Assembly: GCA_016209605.1 (NCBI GenBank)
Contig: JACQVS010000015.1
Coordinates: forward strand, 87-64,086
DNA length: 64,000 nucleotides
Reading direction: 5' to 3'
Source of the DNA: Planctomycetota bacterium
GTDB lineage: Bacteria; Planctomycetota; UBA8108; JACQVS01
Under the pieces are notes generated by a model, which was given only the letters and a program-made list of their open reading frames with translations, was not told the DNA's origin and did no database searches. The position numbers were made by a program, and so were the translations under genes. Positions 57,784 through 64,000 of this stretch are shown piece after piece. The stretch's first letter is position 1. Every line of letters begins with the position of its first letter.

Positions 57784-58845
57784 TCACGCCCCCTTCTTGA
57801 GCAGGCCCTCGAAGCGCTGCTTCTGGGTGGCGTGCAGATAAGCGGTCTCGGCGGTGATCAGCCGATCCTTGTAGCGCTGCAGGAGGGCGTCATCCATGAG
57901 CTGCATGCCCTCGCCGCGGCCGGCCTCGATGAGGGAGACGATCTTGGCCACGCTCCCCTCGCGGATGATGTTGGAGAGGCTGAAGGATCCGAAGAGGATC
58001 TCGTTCACCGGGATTCGCCCCTGTTCGACCCGCGGCAGGAGCAGCTGGGCGCACACCCCTTTCATGGTCTCCGACAGCATGATGCGGATCTGGTTCTGCT
58101 CTTCCTCCGGAAAGACGTCGATGATGCGGTCGATGGTCTTGGCGGCGCTGTTGGTGTGGAGGGTGGCGAAGACCAGGTAGCCCATTTCCGCCGCGGTGAT
58201 GGCGAGGCCGATGGTCTCGTGGTCGCGCAACTCGCCGACCAGGATCACATCCGGATCCTCGCGGCTCGCCGCCCGCAGGGCAGCGGCGAACGATTCGGTG
58301 TCGACGCCGACCTCGCGCTGGGTGATGTAGCTGCGCTTGTTGCGGTGCACGAACTCGATGGGCTCCTCGATGGTGACGATGTGGCGCTCGAAGTTGGTGT
58401 TGATGTAGTCGATGAGCGACGCCAGGGTCGTCGACTTGCCGCTTCCGGTCGGGCCGGTCATCAGAATCAGGCCGTTCTTCAGCTCGGTGTACTTGAGGAT
58501 CACCTCCGGGACGTTGATGGCCCGGAGCGGCAGGATCTCCTCGGGGATCAGCCGGAATACGGCCGACGGGCCCAGGCGCGTCTTGAAGCAGGCGACGCGG
58601 AAGCGGGCGACTCCCCGCAGCTCGTAGGCCATGTCGAGATCGTTGCGTTCCCTGTAGATCTTGCGGCGGCGGTCGTCGAGGATCTCGTCGATCAGCTTGG
58701 CCATGTGCTCGGCATTCATGGGCTTGTCGCTCATCGGCGTCAGCCTGCCGTGGATGCGGATCTTGGGGAAGATGCCGGAGGCGATGTGCAGGTCCGAGCC
58801 CTGGGCATCCCTGACTTTCTTGAGATAGGCGTCGATTTCAGGCAT
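57784..58845 (-). CDS. pilT: Type IV pilus retraction ATPase
   Basis: SDLHI, GPTGSGKSTT, TIEEPIEF, REDPDVILVGELRD, TLHTNSA. Confidence 0.93.
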   Translation of the reverse strand: MPEIDAYLKKVRDAQGSDLHIASGIFPKIRIHGRLTPMSDKPMNAEHMAKLIDEILDDRRRKIYRERNDLDMAYELRGVARFRVACFKTRLGPSAVFRLIPEEILPLRAINVPEVILKYTELKNGLILMTGPTGSGKSTTLASLIDYINTNFERHIVTIEEPIEFVHRNKRSYITQREVGVDTESFAAALRAASREDPDVILVGELRDHETIGLAITAAEMGYLVFATLHTNSAAKTIDRIIDVFPEEEQNQIRIMLSETMKGVCAQLLLPRVEQGRIPVNEILFGSFSLSNIIREGSVAKIVSLIEAGRGEGMQLMDDALLQRYKDRLITAETAYLHATQKQRFEGLLKKGA

Positions 58846-58887
58846 GGGAGGAGTACCTCTCGGTCTGGCGGTGACTCGAAAGAAATC

Positions 58888-60273
58888 TTATTTGAAGCGG
58901 TCCGGATTCTGCGCCCGGAAGCGCGCCTCTTCCTTGGTGATGTGCCCCTGCCGCAGGAGCTCGGCGATGGAGTCGTCCATCATCACCATTCCCTGCTTGG
59001 CGCCGGTCTGCAGGATCGAGATGAGCTGGAAGGTCTTCCTTTCGCGGACAATGTTGGCCACCGCCGGGGTGGTGAAGAGGACCTCCAGCGCCGGCTCGCG
59101 GCCGGTGCCGTCGGCGCGGGGGATGAGCTGCTGGGAGATCACGCCGCGGAGCGACTCGGACACCATGGCGCGGATCTGGTCCTGCTCCTTGGGCGGGAAG
59201 ACGTCGATGATGCGGTCCACCGAACGAGTGGCGTTGGTGGTGTGGAGCGTCCCGAACACCAGGTGGCCGGTCTCGGCCGCGGTGATGGCCATGGAGATGG
59301 TCTCGAGGTCGCGCATCTCCCCCACGGCCATGTAGTCCGGGTCGGCGCGCATCGCCGATCGCAGCGCCGAGGCGAAGGTATGGGTGTGGACGCGCACGTG
59401 CCTCTGGTTGACGTTGCAGTTCTTGCTGGGGATGATGAACTCGATCGGATCCTCCATGGTGACGATGTGGTCGTACTGCTCCTGGTTGATGATGTCGATC
59501 AGGGCCGCCATGGTCGAGGACTTGCCGCAGCCGGCTGGGCCGGTAATGAGGACGATCCCCTGGCGGTACTTGGTGAACTTCTTCAAAGTGTCGGGAAGGT
59601 GCAGTTCCTCCAGCGTCGGGATGTGGTCGGGGATGATCCGGAAGATCGCGTCGATCCCCTTGCGCTGGCGGAGGGCGTTGGCGCGGTAGCGGCCGTGCCC
59701 CGCCTCGTAGCAGAAGTCGAGATCGTTCGACTTCTCGAACACCGAACGCTCGCGGGGGGTCATGATCTCGTGAATGCGCGGCTGGGTGTCCTCTTTGGCG
59801 AGGACCGGATGGTTGAGGTACACCACCCGCCCGTGCAGCCGGAGGAAGGGGGGCGAGTCGACCTGGAAGTGGAGGTCCGAGGCGCCGAGCTGGCGGGAGA
59901 TCTTCAAGTACTCATCGAGGGGCTTCCCCGCCAGCTTCTTGAAGTCCATGCGGGCGACCTCGGCCACCCTGTAAATCTGGGCCTTCGGGGGGGCTGCCTT
60001 GGGGGCCTCGTACGCAGGCGGTCCTGGCTCGGCGGCGCGCTCGCCTTCATCGGCGAGCTTCCTCACGCGGTTGGAGATCGCCTGGTAGTGGCCGGGTTTG
60101 ATGTAGCCGCGCTCGAGGAGCAGCCGCCCCAGCGTCATGCCGCCGTTCTTCCCCGGCGGGGCCGGCGCCTTCTCGATGAGCGCCAGGCACTCCCTGATCT
60201 GGGCATCGGTGGCGATTTTATTGTTGATCGCGATTTTTCCAAAAAGAATGTCTTCTCTGGTCGGTGCCGGCAT
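58888..60273 (-). CDS. pilT: PilT/PilU-family ATPase with extra N-terminal domain
   Basis: GPAGCGKSST, EDPIEF, GEMRD, TLHT; N-terminal FGKIAI...LGRLLLERGYI. Confidence 0.88.
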   Translation of the reverse strand: MPAPTREDILFGKIAINNKIATDAQIRECLALIEKAPAPPGKNGGMTLGRLLLERGYIKPGHYQAISNRVRKLADEGERAAEPGPPAYEAPKAAPPKAQIYRVAEVARMDFKKLAGKPLDEYLKISRQLGASDLHFQVDSPPFLRLHGRVVYLNHPVLAKEDTQPRIHEIMTPRERSVFEKSNDLDFCYEAGHGRYRANALRQRKGIDAIFRIIPDHIPTLEELHLPDTLKKFTKYRQGIVLITGPAGCGKSSTMAALIDIINQEQYDHIVTMEDPIEFIIPSKNCNVNQRHVRVHTHTFASALRSAMRADPDYMAVGEMRDLETISMAITAAETGHLVFGTLHTTNATRSVDRIIDVFPPKEQDQIRAMVSESLRGVISQQLIPRADGTGREPALEVLFTTPAVANIVRERKTFQLISILQTGAKQGMVMMDDSIAELLRQGHITKEEARFRAQNPDRFK

Positions 60274-60320
60274 GGCAGAATCCTCCATTTCTTACGATGA
60301 ATTCTATCATACCGTAAAAA

Positions 60321-61814
60321 TTAATCGCAGCGACTGATTTTTGACAGGATCTCGGTCGTGGAAATGCCCGGCAGCTGCTCCACCAGCTCGACGCGCCCGC
60401 CGTAGGACTCGACCAGCTCCCGTCCGACCACAATGCCGTCGCGATACTCGCTCCCCTTCACCAGCACCTCGGGCCGGAGGGCCTCGAGAAGTGCCATGGG
60501 GGTGTCCTCGTCGAAGAGCGTGACGTAGTCCACCGACTCGAGGCTGGAAAGCATGAGCATGCGCTCCTCCTGAGCGGTGACCGGCCGCGACGGCCCCTTC
60601 AAGCGGCGGATGGAGGCGTCGCTGTTCACGGCGACAATCAGGCAGTCCCCCTGGCGGCGGGCCTGGTTGAGGAGGTGGTGATGGCCGACGTGTAGGAGGT
60701 CGAAGCAGCCGTTCGTGAAGACGATCCTCTTGCCGCGGGAGCGCAGATCGCGCGCGATGGCCAGCAGCTCTTCCAGGGTCTTGAGCTTGGCGGCCCCGGG
60801 GTGGCCGTGGTAAGTGAGCTCCGCGAGGATCTCCTCCCGCGCCAGGGGAGTCGCCCCGAGCCGGCGGATCTCGATCCCGGCGGCGAGGTTGGCGAGCTGG
60901 ACCGCCTCCCCCATGCTGATGCGGGCGCCGACCGCAAGCCCCAACATGCTGAGGACCATGTCGCCCGCTCCGGTGACATCGGCGACCACCGTCGCTTGCG
61001 TGGCGTAGTGCTGCGACTCGCCGCCGGCGCTGCAGAGGAAGATGCCGTCCCGGTCCATGGTCACCGCCACGTGCTCAAAGCCGTGCTGGCGGGCCAGCTT
61101 TCGCCCGGCCTCGGCGCACTGCTCGGGGAGGTCGCAGGGGAGCGAGCTGGCGAGGGAGGCCTCGTAGCGGTTGGGGCAGATCAGGAACGAGCCGCGGTAG
61201 CGCTCGTAATTGTCGAGGCGCGCGGGGTCGACCAGCACCGGAACCGAGCCCGCGAGGCGCATCGCCTGCTGGAGGAAGTCCTCGCGCAGGAGCCCCTTGT
61301 GATAGTCGGAGATGAGGATGGCATCGAGCGATCCCGCCAGGGCCGCGAGGCGGTCGAGGAGTCTCCGGCTGACCTCCCATGGAACCGGGCCGGTGTCCTC
61401 GGTGTCGACGCGGATGAGCTGCTGCACCGCCCGGTCGGCGTGCTGGACGAAGCCCAGGTGCCGGGCCTTGAGGGTGGTCACCCGGCCCGAAACGGCGACG
61501 AGAGAGCCGGGATCGCAGCCGGCTGCGCGCAGCAGCTCGCGCGTTTTCTCCGCCGCCGCGTCCTCGCCCACGGCGCTCAGGAAGTGGACCTCCGCCCGCA
61601 GCCGGGCCAGGTTGGCGACGACGCTGCCCGCGCCGCCGAGGCGGTTCTCGCGGCGCGAGACCCGCAGCACCGGCACGGGAGCTTCCGGCGAGATGCGCGC
61701 CACTTCCCCCCAGACGTACTCGTCAAGGATCGCATCGCCCAGCACCGCCAGGCGCGGGCGGCCGATTTGCGAAAACGCCTTGATCAAGGCGCGGCTGGAA
61801 ACGGCAACGGTCAT
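60321..61814 (-). CDS. hldE: Bifunctional heptose-7-phosphate kinase / heptose-1-phosphate adenylyltransferase
   Basis: RISPEAPVPV, DVTGAGD, FTNGCFDLLHVGH; ATGA overlap with lpxK. Confidence 0.95.
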   Translation of the reverse strand: MTVAVSSRALIKAFSQIGRPRLAVLGDAILDEYVWGEVARISPEAPVPVLRVSRRENRLGGAGSVVANLARLRAEVHFLSAVGEDAAAEKTRELLRAAGCDPGSLVAVSGRVTTLKARHLGFVQHADRAVQQLIRVDTEDTGPVPWEVSRRLLDRLAALAGSLDAILISDYHKGLLREDFLQQAMRLAGSVPVLVDPARLDNYERYRGSFLICPNRYEASLASSLPCDLPEQCAEAGRKLARQHGFEHVAVTMDRDGIFLCSAGGESQHYATQATVVADVTGAGDMVLSMLGLAVGARISMGEAVQLANLAAGIEIRRLGATPLAREEILAELTYHGHPGAAKLKTLEELLAIARDLRSRGKRIVFTNGCFDLLHVGHHHLLNQARRQGDCLIVAVNSDASIRRLKGPSRPVTAQEERMLMLSSLESVDYVTLFDEDTPMALLEALRPEVLVKGSEYRDGIVVGRELVESYGGRVELVEQLPGISTTEILSKISRCD

Positions 61815-62860
61815 GTTTTGTTCAAGGCTCGATCGAGAAGTCTCTGAAAGTGCTCTCCGCCGGCCGTCATCTGGGGCCGGAGGCGCAGCCAGCGCCACTT
61901 GATTTTCGCGGTCCGGCGAGGCCAGCCCTCCGGGAGAATCTTGACGGCATCTTTCTGCGTGCAGATCACGGCCTCCGCCCCGGCGGCCAGGGCCCGCTCC
62001 TCGAGGCGCTCCAGGTCCCGGGGAGTATAGCCGTGGTGGTCGGGAAAGGCCAGCCACTCCACCAGCTCGAGGCCCAGGCCCACGAGCTCCCTCCGGAAGG
62101 CTTCGGGGTTGCCGATCCCGCAAAAAGCCAGGGCGCGGCAGCCTTTCAAGGCCGCCGGCGGCTCGGCGGCGGCAGGGGAGGCGCGCCAGGCCCGCCAGCC
62201 CTCGGGCTGGAAGTCGACTTCGCACTGAGGGATTCCCGGAAAGCGGCGGCGCAGGTACGAGCGCAGGACGGCGAGCTTGTGCCCATGGGTATGGCGGCAG
62301 CGGGTCAAGACGAAGAGGTCCGCCTGGCCGAGCGCCTCGATCGGCTCCCGGAGCGGCCCCGCCGGCAGGACCCGGCCTGAGCCGAAGGGATCGGTGGCGT
62401 CGATGAGCACCAGATCGAGGTCGCGATGCAGGCGGACATGCTGGAAGCCGTCGTCGAGAACGAGGACATCCGCGCCTTGGCCGAGAGCCTCGCGGCCGGC
62501 TGCGGTCCGATCGGGATTCTGGAGATGCAAGAGCCCCGGCAGGTTCTCCTCCAGCACCAGGAATTCATCGTTCACCGGCTCTCCAGCCGGACCGGAAGCC
62601 GCGTTCACGATGCGCCGCCGGTATCCCCGGCTCAGCACCGCCGGCCGCAGCCCGCGCCCCGCCAGCTCCCGCGCCACCAGCTCCACCACCGGCGTCTTCC
62701 CCGTCCCCCCCACGGTGAGGTTGCCGACGCTGACCCCCGGCGCCGCGAGGCAAACGGCCCGGGCGGCGAGCCTCTGCCGGCGGAGCCGGGCAACGGCGCC
62801 GTAAACGGCGGAAAGCGGCGACAGGAGATGCATCCACGGGGAGAGAAAGAGACGGCTCAT
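61811..62860 (-). CDS. lpxK: Tetraacyldisaccharide 4'-kinase
   Basis: SVGNLTVGGTGKTP, LSRGY, LDDGFQH, PAGPLRE, FPDHH, TQKDAVK. Confidence 0.95.
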   Translation of the reverse strand: MSRLFLSPWMHLLSPLSAVYGAVARLRRQRLAARAVCLAAPGVSVGNLTVGGTGKTPVVELVARELAGRGLRPAVLSRGYRRRIVNAASGPAGEPVNDEFLVLEENLPGLLHLQNPDRTAAGREALGQGADVLVLDDGFQHVRLHRDLDLVLIDATDPFGSGRVLPAGPLREPIEALGQADLFVLTRCRHTHGHKLAVLRSYLRRRFPGIPQCEVDFQPEGWRAWRASPAAAEPPAALKGCRALAFCGIGNPEAFRRELVGLGLELVEWLAFPDHHGYTPRDLERLEERALAAGAEAVICTQKDAVKILPEGWPRRTAKIKWRWLRLRPQMTAGGEHFQRLLDRALNKT

Positions 62861-62869
62861 GGCGGACCG

Positions 62870-63475
62870 TTACCTCTTGACGCCGGGCGGAAACGCCGGC
62901 AGCTCGCCGAGCGCCCGCCCCACCGCCGAGCGGATGCTCCGCTCCAGGTCCAGGGGGGTCACCCCGACGCCGGAGGGATTGCGGCTGGCGGCGCTGAGAT
63001 GGCCATTCCGGAAGTAGAGGCTCTCCTGCGCCTCCAGCCGGATGAGCTCCACCTCGAACCGCCCCTCGATTCCCGCGCCTTCAAAAGCCGGAATCCGGTC
63101 CCAGCTCAAGATCCGGATGCGCAGCTCCGCCGCCGGCTTGGCGCCCGCGCCCTCCGGCGCGGTTTCAAGGAGGGCGTATCCTCGCTTCTCGAGCGCCTCC
63201 TGAGCGCCGCGCCGGAATTCCTCCAGGACATTGACCGTTCCCGGCCCCAGGATGGCGCGCTGCAAGAGTCCGGCGGTGGAGTACTGGTCGAGGTTTTCTT
63301 TCCAGGTCTGATTCTCCACCGGCGCGACGCGGATGGGATTGGGGGCGATTTCCTGGAAGCGCGGGTGGATCCTGGCCGGGCTCTGGGCGCAGCCGGCGGC
63401 CGCGCCCAGCAGGATGAAAATCCATGCGGCGGGGTCGATACCACGGAGCGGAGGTTTCATGGCACGATGCTTCAT
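62870..63475 (-). CDS. Hypothetical lipoprotein
   Basis: Lipobox AAGC, IRVAPVENQT; same strand as and just upstream of lpxK; start 63475 or 63460. Confidence 0.7.
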   Translation of the reverse strand: MKHRAMKPPLRGIDPAAWIFILLGAAAGCAQSPARIHPRFQEIAPNPIRVAPVENQTWKENLDQYSTAGLLQRAILGPGTVNVLEEFRRGAQEALEKRGYALLETAPEGAGAKPAAELRIRILSWDRIPAFEGAGIEGRFEVELIRLEAQESLYFRNGHLSAASRNPSGVGVTPLDLERSIRSAVGRALGELPAFPPGVKR

Positions 63476-63495
63476 AATTGACCGGCCGGCAATTT

Positions 63496-64000
63496 TCAAG
63501 ATTTCTTTTTTTCCCAGACCTCGAGAAGCGCGTCGGACTGCGACTGGAGCCACTGCCGCTGCTGCATCTTCTCCACGAGATCCATCGGCAAGGCCTCCTC
63601 CCCCAAAAAGGCCCCGGACAGCGATCCGGTGAGGGCGCACAGGGTGGAGACCTCGCCGCCGGCGCGCAGCGAGGCGGCGAGGGTCTTTTCGAAATCGTAC
63701 GGCGATCTCAAAAAGTAATAGACGGCGGCCAGGAAGACGAACAGGCCGTGGTCGGGAATGCCGGCGTTGTACGTCGCCATGGGATCCCGCCCCGACTTGA
63801 AGGCGGCCAGATCGAACTGCTCGAGGGCGCGGTACTCGGTGAGGGAGAGGATCCGCGGAAAGTCCAGGATGCGCTCCGCCGTGTCGCCGTGGAAGCGGCC
63901 CGCCGCCTGGGACATCTGATCGAGGAGCCGGCCGAGGATGATTTCCGTCGAAACCACCAGGCCGGCCACGGCCGCCGCCAAAGCCGCCGCCGCCGCCGCG
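63496..64000 (-). CDS. ADP-ribosylglycohydrolase-family protein, C-terminal part (runs off the window)
   Basis: FEKTLAASLRAGGEVSTLCALTGSLSGAFLGEEALP matches the ARH C-terminal helix pattern. Confidence 0.7.
   Translation of the reverse strand, partial: AAAAAALAAAVAGLVVSTEIILGRLLDQMSQAAGRFHGDTAERILDFPRILSLTEYRALEQFDLAAFKSGRDPMATYNAGIPDHGLFVFLAAVYYFLRSPYDFEKTLAASLRAGGEVSTLCALTGSLSGAFLGEEALPMDLVEKMQQRQWLQSQSDALLEVWEKKKS

Overview
GC-rich bacterial chromosomal segment, most likely from a Planctomycetota-type organism (inferred from Cys-containing dockerin-like domains, a long GreA, and an ECF sigma/Ser-Thr kinase remnant). It holds about 52 genes. Housekeeping content: murQ, nagA, a nanA-like lyase, late menaquinone genes (menG, ubiX, ubiA/mqnP), LPS genes (kdsD, waaF, hldE, lpxK, msbA-like), lysS, rpmH (missed by the ORF track), greA, two pilT paralogs and ABC systems. 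Best leads: (1) a same-strand cluster of lamin-tail/dockerin lipoprotein, porin, VTC-domain protein and a thymidylate-kinase-like protein fused to about ten 27-aa repeats; (2) an orphan MamK-like actin with no magnetosome genes nearby; (3) an HTH regulator fused through a TM helix to an external dockerin-like domain; (4) a rhomboid protease divergent from a TatA-like/M48 protease; (5) a 288-bp MITE with a TTA target duplication inserted in the loop of the rpmH terminator; (6) two inverted palindromic elements flanking the rpmH promoter; (7) a decayed patch with a group II intron remnant, a truncated DUF1566 gene and ECF/kinase fragments. No rRNA, tRNA or CRISPR array was recognised. All family calls come from motif recognition by eye, not database searches.
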